From: Deltaproteobacteria bacterium
Lineage (GTDB): Bacteria > Bdellovibrionota_C > UBA2361 > SZUA-149 > JADZAE01
Assembly (NCBI GenBank): GCA_020852715.1
Contig: JADZAE010000034.1
Coordinates: forward strand, 192,965-256,964
DNA length: 64,000 nucleotides
Direction: 5' to 3'
The translations under genes and the position numbers were made by a program. The notes below the pieces were generated by a model. That model made no database searches. It had not been told where the DNA came from and saw only the letters and a list, made by a program, of their open reading frames with translations. Shown piece by piece: positions 20,931 to 31,096 of this stretch. Every line of letters starts with the position of its first letter. Positions within the stretch are counted from its first letter, which is position 1.

Positions 20931-22088
20931 TTACCTTCTTAAATCGTCATTGCAGCTACAAAGGCCAGCTCTTCCGACACAATAAATTTCTTTGATTTCC
21001 GATCCCGCAATCGGCAGACCACCCGAAACGGCACGCCAAACGGCTGGGCTTTCCATACAAAAATAAACGGGTATATTCGCAGCAACTGATTTAAGTTCTT
21101 GCCACATAAAACGCAACATTTTTAATCTAATTGGCTGCAAATAACGTATTTTATAATCTTTGGCTAAAAATTGTTCGCCATAAGGCAGCTTACTTTCAGG
21201 AAAACGCGCTATCATAATCGACTGTAAATCTTTGTGATAGCGCAAAGTAGAAAGGCTTATCCAGGCCACTTGGCTTGGCCGAACATGCTCAAAAATACTC
21301 TTAATTGTTTCCCGATATTCGTCCTGCCAACCCGAAAAATGAACAATCGGATCAAAATGAAAACCGACTCTATACCCGGCTTCAGCCGCCAATGCCGCAG
21401 CCTTCAATCTTTCCTTTAATGGATGCGCGCCCAGCTCGTCATGTTCGGTAACAGATTTCGCATTCAGCGACCAGGATACCACTGTTTTACCTTGGTGCTC
21501 GTTTTTCAGCGTTAACAGATTATTGATGTTGGCCGTCTTAGTTTTCAGCTCCAGCACCCCATTTTCCAAGCGGGCAAAAAGCGGCACCATCGACAAAGAG
21601 AAATCTGTCAAATTATCCCAAACCAAACTATCTCCCATTTCCCCAGTACAAACGCGAAACAACCTACTAGGCTCAGCTTCCAAGCGCTGCTGAACCGTTG
21701 CCATTAAATTTTCAGTGTTTGTATAAATTTTTAAAGTCGGATTTCTTCGTAAATAAGCTTGCAAAATACAATACGTACAATCCAGCGGACAACCTTCAGC
21801 TTGGTTAACCACATATAGATTACAACAGATATGCCGCGCTGTGCCTGGACAGGCCTTAAGCCAATTGCCTTTATAGCGCGTCAAAAGGAGAGTTTGCTTA
21901 CCTTCTGCCATGCGTGCGTCTTGTTCTAAAGCAGCACTTGTAGCCAATGGATCTTTCGAAGAGGGGTACTTGATTATCTGCACATTTGTACCCAGACGAC
22001 CTAAAATACGCTTACTGAGCTGATCTTCAGCAGCTTCCGCACTAACATAAACAGTCTGAATATCTTGATAAGTAAAAACCCGCTCCAT
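20931..22088 (-). CDS. Radical SAM protein of the spore-photoproduct-lyase (SplB/COG1533) family
   Basis: CPLDCTYCILQ (Cx3Cx2C) cluster. 385 aa. Confidence 0.6.
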   Translation of the reverse strand: MERVFTYQDIQTVYVSAEAAEDQLSKRILGRLGTNVQIIKYPSSKDPLATSAALEQDARMAEGKQTLLLTRYKGNWLKACPGTARHICCNLYVVNQAEGCPLDCTYCILQAYLRRNPTLKIYTNTENLMATVQQRLEAEPSRLFRVCTGEMGDSLVWDNLTDFSLSMVPLFARLENGVLELKTKTANINNLLTLKNEHQGKTVVSWSLNAKSVTEHDELGAHPLKERLKAAALAAEAGYRVGFHFDPIVHFSGWQDEYRETIKSIFEHVRPSQVAWISLSTLRYHKDLQSIMIARFPESKLPYGEQFLAKDYKIRYLQPIRLKMLRFMWQELKSVAANIPVYFCMESPAVWRAVSGGLPIAGSEIKEIYCVGRAGLCSCNDDLRR

Positions 22089-22093
22089 CTATT

Positions 22094-22624
22094 TCACTTC
22101 TTACCCAAAAGAAGGTCGAAGATTTCTTTTAAACGCTGATCTATCGCCAGAGAGGCGAGACGTTCAGTATTTTCTTTTAATTCCCCCGGGGAAGCAAATG
22201 ACAAGGAGAGTGTTAAGTTATCGCCCTCCAACTCTTCAGGAACTTTCATGCTAAAGCCGTGGTCGGTAAGCAAAGATTTCTGCAAAGACTGCAGCTCCTC
22301 CAGCAGCGCCTGCTTAAGCGGGTATCTTTTAGTCTCTAGCCATTGACGCAATTCCTTTTGTTTTTCTTTGCGGCTATTTTTTTCAGCCAATATCGCCTGC
22401 CATAGCTCCACGCTAACTATCGCTTCCGTCCCCACTCCCTCACGACCGGCTATCTCTAGCAATAAAACAATAATCTGCCTTAAATAATTTAAACTGGGTC
22501 TTAACTCGACAAGTAGGCTTTCAATAAACGGATAAGACTGAGGCGAGAGCTTAGTCACCAAATCAGCCAAGGCGTTGTCCGCCCGGTAGCGGTTTAAATA
22601 ATCAGAGATTTGCGTTGAGACCAT
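22094..22624 (-). CDS. Hypothetical protein
   Basis: 176 aa ORF that closely follows the radical SAM gene on the same strand. Confidence 0.4.
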   Translation of the reverse strand: MVSTQISDYLNRYRADNALADLVTKLSPQSYPFIESLLVELRPSLNYLRQIIVLLLEIAGREGVGTEAIVSVELWQAILAEKNSRKEKQKELRQWLETKRYPLKQALLEELQSLQKSLLTDHGFSMKVPEELEGDNLTLSLSFASPGELKENTERLASLAIDQRLKEIFDLLLGKK

Positions 22625-22728
22625 AGAAATAGCAATAAAAAAGCCAACGTTTTGTTATCACTAGTCACTAATCCAAACTAATAACTATGTCAAAACGTCG
22701 GCTATTTCTTCGCTTTACGCTATTTCCC

Positions 22729-25572
22729 TCAAGGGATATACTTTTTGCTTCCCCTTCTCGGCAAAACAATTTTCTCAATCAGACTCTTGCCTGTGCCTTC
22801 ATTAGTCGTTTTGTAGTAATATACCGCATTCTCACTCGGACGGTAGATAGCGACATCAGCATACATGTCCCCATCTAAACTTAAAACGAGAGGCAAATCA
22901 CCCGGCTGGCCAAAGTTATAATAATATTCGGTCTTGTAATTACTATTGTAGTAATAGAAGTAATATGTGCCGAAAGCTTTATTGGCCGAATAAAGCACTG
23001 CATCATCCTTACCATCCCCATCATTATCAAATGCCAACGGAATCGAATTTTTGCGTGCAATAAATGAAATGCTGTTATATGGATCCGATGAGGGCTTAAT
23101 TTTCCACTCCCCGGTAGCTGCATAATAAACAGCAAGATCAGTAAATCCATCCCCATCATAATCGCCGGGCACCGGCCGACCCAGAGGAGCAAAGTTCACG
23201 GTCTTCACTTCCTGTGTTGCACAATTTTTCCTGAGCCATAATCCGTCTTTCTTGCGATAAAGGGCAAGATCCACGCATTGGTTGCCGTAATAACGCCCGG
23301 GCACAGGAACATAAGAGCTGCTCGGCCCAAAATTCACTGCCCCGACTTGCGCTATCCCCGCCATATTCTTGGTTGAATATAACCAAGAACCATTATGATA
23401 GCTGACTTTGTCGCTAATTCCATCGCCGGTCATATCCATCGGTAAACCAACAATGCGCTTGCTTTTCTTTTTCCACTTCTTGGATGCGCCAACAAGCTGA
23501 TTGCTATTGGAATAATAGAGCGTCAAATTCCCTGTGCGGCGATTATAGATTCTAAAAGCAAGATTGGTTTTAGCATTACCATAAGGAATTACTACTTCGC
23601 CTTTGCCGTCACCGTTACTGTCAGTATCGGCGACTATCTTATTTTGCCGAACCGAAAACACGCATGGCTTGCCATCATTATAGGACTTTCTGCACTCAAG
23701 CGAAGTCACCGGGAAATTATCTTCGGTTAAGGCTTGACCATTACTATCTAAGAAAAAATAATTGGTCAGCTGAGCAATGACGCGATAGTTGACTCCGTAA
23801 GGAAGCGCCTTAGTAAACCGACCGTCGCTATTTGTGTAGAGAACATAATCAGCAGTTGTATTATCATATAAATACATTGTGATCTTTGCACCGGCTACCC
23901 CCTTACCCGCTTTATTTAACACGTAACCGACAATATTATTCACTGCCTCATCGCCCGGCTGCAGATCAAAGTTTAAGACTTTATTACTGCCGATATTAGT
24001 AACACCCTGAGTTATGAGCGAGCTTGTCTTTACGCGTGCATCAGCTGCCGGTACCAGCATGCAAGAAGCACCGCGTGGTATGTTTTCTATTTTATAATTA
24101 CCATTGGCATCAGCGACTTGATTGCTGCCACAAGTGGTAGTTACTGTTATTCCGGCTAGCGGATGATTATAGATACTTACTGTTCCCGATATCGAATATT
24201 TAGGTAAGTTAATAATCGACTTCGATACAGCGCGAAAATTCGCGTCTGCTCTGCTGCTATAAAGCGTGCCACTAATCTCATTAGCATCGCCAATAGCGCT
24301 ATGAAATGTATAGTCAACACTATATTCCGGAGCTATTCTATATTGGTAATTAGGAACTATTTTTTCAAATTTATAAACTCCATAACTGTCAGTAGAAGCG
24401 ACAACATAAGCTGATGGATTCCTGGTAGCATCAAAATAACCCCTAACCTTAATACCGCTTAATGGATAACCATTCATGGTCACCTTCCCGCTAACTACCA
24501 CATTTCGCTCAGCTAAAACTTTTGCCAGGGCTGTGGAAGCATTTGCTATACCACCGGAAACTGTTTTACCACTAAGTGAAGAAAGCTCAGTCCTGGTAGC
24601 TATTAAGATGTCACGTACTTGGCGGGGCGTTAAATTTGGATCTTCACCAAATATCAGCGAGGCAATACCGGCGACATAAGCTGTTGCCGGCACACCTCCG
24701 TCAATATTTCCATGGCTATCACCATTTATCGCTGAATAAATCTCTTTACCCGGAGCGGCAATATGCACAGAAGTCGCCCCATAATTAGCCGTAAGAGCGC
24801 CAGTTTTTGCTACTCCGGTAACTGTAATGATATTTTCTAATCCCAAGTTGGCCGGATAACGCTTATTATTAGGATTATCGAGATCTAAATTGGAAGTCCC
24901 GGCATTAGCTACAATCAAAATTTTTCGTTTATTGCTTTCATTTATGGCAGCCTTAAGCCCATCAATTTCTTCGATGCTTAGACTGGGGAGGGCATAGAGA
25001 AAATAAATCACGCGCACATTAACACCCCTGTCACTCATAGTGTTCACATAGGTAATCGCCTTTTTAACCGTATTTACCGCAACCGATGAACCCGATTGAA
25101 CATTTAGAATCATTAATTTAGCTGCCCAGTTCACACCGGTTGTGCCAATAGCATTATTGGAACTTGCCCCGATAATGCTGGCAGCCGCAGTACCTCTGCT
25201 GCCGGAATCAACTTCCTGCGGATAAGCATCGTTATAGGCACAATCGTAGCCATTGTAGTCATCGATAAAACCGTTACCATCATCGTCAACACCGTTGCCC
25301 GGCTTTTCGGATGCGTTAACCCAAAGTTTACCTTTTAAGTCCGGATGATCAAGGTCGATTCCGCTACCAATGACCGCCACCACTGAATTGCTCTGTCCGG
25401 TCGTACGATCCCATGCCTCCGGAGCATTGATATCCATAGATTGGTTAGACGTATTATTTAATCCCCACTGCTTACCATAATAGAGGTCATTAGGAGCGCG
25501 TGCCAAACAAGTTACCGCACTTAAACCAAAACTAAGCGCAGTAGCAGCAAACAAACGAGTGAAATTTTTCAT
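22729..25572 (-). CDS. Secreted catalytically inactive subtilase (S8) homologue fused to C-terminal beta-sandwich and FG-GAP-like repeat domains
   Basis: Signal peptide. Aligns by eye along the subtilisin core: VAVIGSGIDLDHPDL, GSRGTAAASIIGA, APGKEIYSAINGD...GGVPATAYVAGIASL. D32 is replaced by G, H64 by R, and S221 by V. C-terminal DYDGDGFTDLAVY-type repeats. Confidence 0.8.
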   Translation of the reverse strand: MKNFTRLFAATALSFGLSAVTCLARAPNDLYYGKQWGLNNTSNQSMDINAPEAWDRTTGQSNSVVAVIGSGIDLDHPDLKGKLWVNASEKPGNGVDDDGNGFIDDYNGYDCAYNDAYPQEVDSGSRGTAAASIIGASSNNAIGTTGVNWAAKLMILNVQSGSSVAVNTVKKAITYVNTMSDRGVNVRVIYFLYALPSLSIEEIDGLKAAINESNKRKILIVANAGTSNLDLDNPNNKRYPANLGLENIITVTGVAKTGALTANYGATSVHIAAPGKEIYSAINGDSHGNIDGGVPATAYVAGIASLIFGEDPNLTPRQVRDILIATRTELSSLSGKTVSGGIANASTALAKVLAERNVVVSGKVTMNGYPLSGIKVRGYFDATRNPSAYVVASTDSYGVYKFEKIVPNYQYRIAPEYSVDYTFHSAIGDANEISGTLYSSRADANFRAVSKSIINLPKYSISGTVSIYNHPLAGITVTTTCGSNQVADANGNYKIENIPRGASCMLVPAADARVKTSSLITQGVTNIGSNKVLNFDLQPGDEAVNNIVGYVLNKAGKGVAGAKITMYLYDNTTADYVLYTNSDGRFTKALPYGVNYRVIAQLTNYFFLDSNGQALTEDNFPVTSLECRKSYNDGKPCVFSVRQNKIVADTDSNGDGKGEVVIPYGNAKTNLAFRIYNRRTGNLTLYYSNSNQLVGASKKWKKKSKRIVGLPMDMTGDGISDKVSYHNGSWLYSTKNMAGIAQVGAVNFGPSSSYVPVPGRYYGNQCVDLALYRKKDGLWLRKNCATQEVKTVNFAPLGRPVPGDYDGDGFTDLAVYYAATGEWKIKPSSDPYNSISFIARKNSIPLAFDNDGDGKDDAVLYSANKAFGTYYFYYYNSNYKTEYYYNFGQPGDLPLVLSLDGDMYADVAIYRPSENAVYYYKTTNEGTGKSLIEKIVLPRRGSKKYIP

Positions 25573-25787
25573 ACAACCTCAAAATAAAAAATACCGAAAA
25601 ACCAGACTACAATAATTATGGGCAAACGCTAAAAAAGTGTGGCACTCAGCAACATGAAATTATGACTCGATATGAGCCAAATTAAATGTTACCGAGGGGG
25701 TAATGCATAGTGTTGAAAATACTAGATTAAGTTATACGATGAGTCATAATTCCGGTTACCGAAAAGCAAGAAAGGGAGTAACCGAAG

Positions 25788-26873
25788 ATGAAACAAGAGC
25801 TAACAGGCATAGGATTAGAAAGGTTTAGGCGGTCGTATCTAAGAGCGGGAAAAGGCAAAAAAGGTGAGAATTTAACAAGCTCCGGATTTAGATCAGTAGT
25901 TCAAGTTACCGGTCCGGCTGAAGCCATTTATTCAACATTATCCAATAATATCTATAGGCAATATACCAAATCTTATCTAGGAGCAGCCCATGTTGCAGGC
26001 ATAGCGTCGCTAATGCTCGTAGAAAATCCAGATCTAACCCCGATGGAAGTCATCACTAAATTAAAAGAAGCCAAGCGAAGCAGTAGCAATATAGTTGATG
26101 CTAATAGCGCAGTGGCAAAAGCTAAAATCTCTAGAAGTTTCATTGTTCGCCGACAGGTGGTTTTAAAAGTAAACAATACAACATATCCGCTGCGAGGAAT
26201 TAAAGTTACTGCCAATTTCACTAAGGCTCAAGGGGGAAACGTTTCCGATGATCTTACTACAGATGTCAATGGTCAATATAGCTTCAAAAACATTGGTAAA
26301 CTTGGGGATACTTACAAAATCACAATACCACAAACTGATGGTTATTTTTTTACTAATTACACTAATAGCGCCACAATAACCGATAGAGTCAGCATTGCAA
26401 ATTTCACCACAACTTCCATTCCCGCATTTAGCAGTGGTACAAGATATAAAATTTCAGGACGATGCAGTGTCTATATCAAGCCATCAGGAGAATGGAAAAT
26501 AAAACTATCTAAACCGGGGGGAAAATTTGAAACAATAAGCTTTGACGCTCGTCCTAACGCTATCCCGTTGGCGATTGATTACGACGGTGATGGTTTCGAC
26601 GAAGCAGTTGTCTATGATACTAGCAATATCTACGGTATATGGTTTTTCTATCATTATGATCACTTGTTCCAATTTCAGAAAAATAATTGGTATAAAGTGG
26701 GTCAAGCCGGAGATTTACCAATGACATTAAATCTTGATGGAGACAACAGAGGGGACATTTATCTCTATCGCCCCAGCACAAATACTATTTATAATTATGT
26801 AACAACAAAGGAATCGGCCCAGGCAATTTATCTTCCTGACGTGGCTGAAAAAAATATATTTCCTAATATGTGA
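25788..26873 (+). CDS. Truncated paralogue of the subtilase-like protein (C-terminal S8 segment plus FG-GAP-like repeats). Possible gene remnant.
   Basis: GPAEAIYSTLSNNIYRQYTKSYLGAAHVAGIASLML aligns with the Ser221 region of subtilisin (Ser->Tyr). C-terminal 110 aa are clearly paralogous to the 947-aa protein. No signal peptide or N-terminal catalytic half. Confidence 0.5.
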   Translation: MKQELTGIGLERFRRSYLRAGKGKKGENLTSSGFRSVVQVTGPAEAIYSTLSNNIYRQYTKSYLGAAHVAGIASLMLVENPDLTPMEVITKLKEAKRSSSNIVDANSAVAKAKISRSFIVRRQVVLKVNNTTYPLRGIKVTANFTKAQGGNVSDDLTTDVNGQYSFKNIGKLGDTYKITIPQTDGYFFTNYTNSATITDRVSIANFTTTSIPAFSSGTRYKISGRCSVYIKPSGEWKIKLSKPGGKFETISFDARPNAIPLAIDYDGDGFDEAVVYDTSNIYGIWFFYHYDHLFQFQKNNWYKVGQAGDLPMTLNLDGDNRGDIYLYRPSTNTIYNYVTTKESAQAIYLPDVAEKNIFPNM

Positions 26874-26901
26874 AGATAAAACAAATAAGGTCACATTTAT
26901 C

Positions 26902-27561
26902 TTAGGCGTTTTGCTTTTCGTATAGCTGGGCGTATTCAATATCCAGCGCGTCATAGGCTTTTTTCAGCTGGGCGTATTGTTGATTGACTTCGGTAATTCG
27001 CTCTTGATACCAGATAACTTTCTCTTGGCTTTCGATTAGCTCTGTCTTCGTTTTGTTTAGCGTCTGCACGGCCGCTTGCGAATGCGATAATTGCTCTAGT
27101 AATCGATCTAACTCTTCTAGTGAATCATCGAGCTCGACTTTAATCTTTTCTGTCTGCTTACCCAGGTCTAACTCTTGTTTTTTTAATATCTCCAGCTCTT
27201 TGGAAGCTTCTAAGGCGCTAGCTTCGAGTTCACGGGAAATCTCTTCCAGCTCCGAAGCGCGCTGTCTTGCGTGATCGAGCTCGGCAGAGGAGAGCTTACT
27301 TTTATCCTGCTCTTCTTCTAAGGTCTCTTTAACTTGCTCATAATGCCTGACGGTTTTGTTGTAATCCTCTTTGTTGACATAACCACTTAAGGAGTTAACC
27401 ATCTCCTTAGCAACGATCTCTTTTTGCTCTTTTTCTTTTCTTAAAATAACAATATTTTCTCTGAGTACTTTAGCCAAAGCTAAGGATTTACGGTAAATAA
27501 CCATTCCCCATCCGCCTACAGCAAGAGCAAACATCGTGATTAATGCTATTATACCAAACAT
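26902..27561 (-). CDS. Membrane-anchored coiled-coil protein
   Basis: N-terminal TM helix followed by about 190 aa of heptad-like E/K/L/Q-rich sequence. Confidence 0.5.
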   Translation of the reverse strand: MFGIIALITMFALAVGGWGMVIYRKSLALAKVLRENIVILRKEKEQKEIVAKEMVNSLSGYVNKEDYNKTVRHYEQVKETLEEEQDKSKLSSAELDHARQRASELEEISRELEASALEASKELEILKKQELDLGKQTEKIKVELDDSLEELDRLLEQLSHSQAAVQTLNKTKTELIESQEKVIWYQERITEVNQQYAQLKKAYDALDIEYAQLYEKQNA

Positions 27562-27569
27562 AAAAGACT

Positions 27570-30185
27570 TTATAATTTACCGTTTAACATCTCTTCGGCC
27601 AACTTCTGCGTATCCTCTTCGCTCATCGCTCCCGTTTGCGATTCCGCTTCTTCCTGAGGCAAGGAATTTTCTTCGCTTTTATTGCCCGCATCTTCAACCG
27701 GTGACTCCACCGCTTCTTGAGCTTCTTCTTTAGGCATGGTCGGCTCCGGCTTTACCTCTGAAACTGCCGCTTCTTCATTTATAGCTTGAGTCACTGCCTC
27801 GTTTCCTTCTACTGGGGCATCCCCAGAAACTTCTGCTGATGGCTCCGGCGTCGCATCACGAGCATCTCCCATTAACCAATCCAGTCCTTGCTCAGAATTT
27901 TCACTGGGCAAGTTAACTTGGAGGACCTGTAAGCGATTGGCAAGTTCTTGTTCATCCGCTACCAAAAGACGCTTATTTTCCGAAATATGGTTTTTGATTT
28001 CCATCACCTGCACAACCAGATCCTTGGGTAAGTGAAAATCAGTGAGCGATAGCACTTCTTCCTGCTTTTCGCCGGCCATGCGCTTCAGAGCAAGAACCCC
28101 GCAAGCGCTGTAGCAACAAAATAGCAGAATGCAGCTACCCAGCGCCCAGCCCGTGCTAACCGGCTCGCCAAAAATGTCGCGTCCATCGTCTTCCGTAGCC
28201 TCCACCTCGACAACAGCGGTCGCTTCATGCTCGGCAACAACGTAACTGATGGGTTTAGAAACTGTCGCCTGAACATGTCCGGGTTCGCCAATTTCAATTT
28301 TAGCTTGAACTTCATAAGTTCCGGGCTCGACCAAATTACTCGTCGCTATATCTCCGCTACCATTTTGCAGAGACTCTGAGGCTATAGCAAAATGCAAGAT
28401 CTCACTCTGGCCTTTCTTTTTCGCTTCTACCAATATTCTTGACTTACTAGCCAACATCTGTTTGGCAATGCTAACTCTAAAAACCTCTCGACCGGGCGCT
28501 CCCGTTGTGGCTTCTTTATTAACGACATTGAGAATTACCGGCTCAGCTTCAACGCGATAAGACATTACCTGCTGACGAGTGAAAGTTGGCGAGCGCGCTG
28601 TCACGAAAAGCTTATATTCGCCCAGCTTATCCATTTTAATTACGCTCGAATACATATTATCGCCGGCGGTCTGGTCTCCTTCTTGCCCGTCATCTTTTAG
28701 ACTTCCTTCGGCCACTACTTGACTACTAGCCATATCCAGTACTCGATAAGAGAAGAAAAGCAGTTCTTTGATCTGCGGATCGGCAATCACTTGGTTATCC
28801 TGGGATAAACGAGCTACTAATCTGGCTTGATCGTCGATACGAAATCCACCTTCCGGCCACTGAACCTGCATTTTTATATTGGTTAGCAACGTGGCAAAGC
28901 CTTGTTTAACCTCGACTCCATCTACTGTCCATGCCCCTTCGGTTGGGGTGCGCACAGTGATAATATCGAATAGCTCGGCTTTGTACCATCTTACTCCCAC
29001 CGGCAAATTGTTACTGCTAATCTGTTTCCCAAAAGGATCGGACAAAATAACATTATCCGACTCTTCTTTCTTCCTATTGATATAGAAAGTGGCTTCATCA
29101 ATGCCCGAAGAAATTTCAAAACCGTTAGGGTCGAGAACAGCTAACTGAGGTTTCTTTAGATTGAGAAATAAATCAGAAAATCTTAGATGAATCTGGTCAA
29201 CGGAGTTTGCAAACCAGTTCATGCCGCCTGTCGCTTGCGCTAATTTATCAAGCAGCATTTGGTCCGCCTCTTCACTGAAAGATAAAGTATATAATTTGAC
29301 GTGGCGCTTACGATACAAGGGTAAATCAATTTTTTGCAGTTCTTCGGTGAAATGTCGTGCTGTGCCTCGACTGGGACGTGGATCCATCTTGCCATCGCTA
29401 AGCAAAATCACGGCTTTGGTTGCATTTGGACGCCCCTGCGCGATCAGCGCGTCTATCGCCTGTCGAATACCGGCTTGCAAATCAGTAAATCCGCCCTCAT
29501 TGCTAACGCTACTAATTGCCTTGTCTAACTGAGGAATTCTATTTTCCGACAAAGTCATAAACGGCTGCACTTCTTTAGCCTCAGCGTCAAATTGGTAAAT
29601 CGCAACTCTGTCTTGGCTATCTAATATACGCAGTAGTAATTTAGCTCCCTGCTCTCTAAGCTTGTAAGGATCCGTTCTCTGCATGCTCCGCGACGAATCT
29701 AAGAGCAGCACTACATCCAAAGAGTCAGACGAACTCATTTCTTCATCTAACTGTTTAGCTATTTCTTTGGATGAGAGACTAATATTAGTTGTCTTTTTGG
29801 GTAGCGGTTCGGCAGGTGCTTCAACCTTTGCTGTTGTAACTTCTTGTTCAACTTCTACCGGCTCTAAAACGCCAGCAGCTTCTTGTTCGGCCTGCTGTTT
29901 ACGAATTCTTTCTAGGCGTCGCTCTCTTTGTTTCTCGCGAATCTTCTTGATCATTTCCCCGTCAATAGCCGACCTAGCTTCACCTTCTCCGCCTTCTGCC
30001 TTTTTCTCTTTTTCCTTACCCTTCTCTTTTTCAGCCTTATGCTCGACTTTCTTAGCCTCAGTTTTTTTCTTCTCGCCGCCGCCTTCAACGTTTTTATCAC
30101 CGGAGGCAAAAACATCTGGCGGCATGGAAGCACAGAAACAGCAAAACAGCAGTAAGACCAGTAATAGTTGTGTTATCTTATTCAT
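27570..30185 (-). CDS. von Willebrand factor A domain-containing bitopic membrane protein
   Basis: Signal peptide. Lys/Glu-rich low-complexity N-terminus. vWA MIDAS motif VVLLLDSSRSM. C-terminal TM (ILLFCCYSACGVLAL) followed by an acidic coiled-coil tail. 871 aa. Confidence 0.7.
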   Translation of the reverse strand: MNKITQLLLVLLLFCCFCASMPPDVFASGDKNVEGGGEKKKTEAKKVEHKAEKEKGKEKEKKAEGGEGEARSAIDGEMIKKIREKQRERRLERIRKQQAEQEAAGVLEPVEVEQEVTTAKVEAPAEPLPKKTTNISLSSKEIAKQLDEEMSSSDSLDVVLLLDSSRSMQRTDPYKLREQGAKLLLRILDSQDRVAIYQFDAEAKEVQPFMTLSENRIPQLDKAISSVSNEGGFTDLQAGIRQAIDALIAQGRPNATKAVILLSDGKMDPRPSRGTARHFTEELQKIDLPLYRKRHVKLYTLSFSEEADQMLLDKLAQATGGMNWFANSVDQIHLRFSDLFLNLKKPQLAVLDPNGFEISSGIDEATFYINRKKEESDNVILSDPFGKQISSNNLPVGVRWYKAELFDIITVRTPTEGAWTVDGVEVKQGFATLLTNIKMQVQWPEGGFRIDDQARLVARLSQDNQVIADPQIKELLFFSYRVLDMASSQVVAEGSLKDDGQEGDQTAGDNMYSSVIKMDKLGEYKLFVTARSPTFTRQQVMSYRVEAEPVILNVVNKEATTGAPGREVFRVSIAKQMLASKSRILVEAKKKGQSEILHFAIASESLQNGSGDIATSNLVEPGTYEVQAKIEIGEPGHVQATVSKPISYVVAEHEATAVVEVEATEDDGRDIFGEPVSTGWALGSCILLFCCYSACGVLALKRMAGEKQEEVLSLTDFHLPKDLVVQVMEIKNHISENKRLLVADEQELANRLQVLQVNLPSENSEQGLDWLMGDARDATPEPSAEVSGDAPVEGNEAVTQAINEEAAVSEVKPEPTMPKEEAQEAVESPVEDAGNKSEENSLPQEEAESQTGAMSEEDTQKLAEEMLNGKL

Positions 30186-30738
30186 AACCCAACTCCATAC
30201 TTAAAATCTTATCCCCGATACGCAGCCGACGGACATTATCCATACCGGAAATAACCTCAGCAAAAGTAGTAAACATTCCATCCAAATGATTTGCCCGACG
30301 CAGACAAATAAAGAACTGGCTACCACTGGATAATCTTTCCGGATTAGATTCGCCCATGGCACGCGCCATGCTAATTGTTCCTTCGTAGTGTTTTACATCA
30401 GAAAATTCCGGTGGCAGGTTATAACCCGGACCACCTTTACCATTTCCCTTAGGATCGCCGGTTTGAATAATGTAACCTTCTTGATACAAATGAAAATCTA
30501 TTCCTGTATAAAAACCTTTACTAACTAAATACTCAAAGTTACGCACATGAAGTGGCGCCTTATCCGGATAAAATTTTATTTTGAATAAGCCTTTAGTCGT
30601 ATCAACGCTGGCGCTATGTGGAAGTTTAGCCGGGTTCACCGGAAGTTCAAAAGGCAGCACGTTGCTCGCTTTGCTCTGAACGCAAAGAAAGCAAAATGAC
30701 AAAACAAGAAAAACTTTCTTTATTAACCAGCTACCCAT
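30178..30738 (-). CDS. ppiB: Cyclophilin-type peptidyl-prolyl cis-trans isomerase (secreted)
   Basis: Cyclophilin signature region YTGIDFHLYQEGYIIQTGDPKGNGKGGPGYNLPPEF, with a signal peptide. Overlaps the downstream vWA gene by 8 nt. Confidence 0.8.
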   Translation of the reverse strand: MGSWLIKKVFLVLSFCFLCVQSKASNVLPFELPVNPAKLPHSASVDTTKGLFKIKFYPDKAPLHVRNFEYLVSKGFYTGIDFHLYQEGYIIQTGDPKGNGKGGPGYNLPPEFSDVKHYEGTISMARAMGESNPERLSSGSQFFICLRRANHLDGMFTTFAEVISGMDNVRRLRIGDKILSMELGYE

Positions 30739-30839
30739 AAACGTTTAAAAGAACACTCTATGTTCAACCCTACCCATGAACGGTGACCCCATGACTAAGT
30801 AATCGGAAAAAAACGCTGTTTTCATAATGGTAAAATACG

Positions 30840-30877
30840 TTTTTCCGACTATTCTTCTAGTTTTAATAGTCGGAAAA
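30840..30877. promoter_or_regulatory. 13-bp perfect inverted repeat in a divergent intergenic region (candidate operator)
   Basis: TTTTCCGACTATT-(11 nt)-AATAGTCGGAAAA, between the divergently transcribed cyclophilin/vWA operon and the FG-GAP protein gene. Confidence 0.4.
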
Positions 30878-31096
30878 ATAAAAGACTATTATATTAACTA
30901 GTTAAGCCCGTAACTGAATATTTCACTCGTTATTCCGCAGTAGAGGCACAAAAGATTTCGTGGTCTTAAGCAACTAATCAACAGTGCATTGCTTGACTTG
31001 TCCAATTCAGGCTTAAATGCTAACGATCCACTCTAAAGTTTTTCAGTATCAAGAAATAAACATCAAAAGAGTATTACTTTTAATAACGACTGAGTC

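Noticed and set aside
29683-30204. 173-aa Ser-rich plus-strand ORF
   Set aside because: Antisense to the Lys/Glu-rich low-complexity N-terminus of the vWA protein. Compositional artefact.
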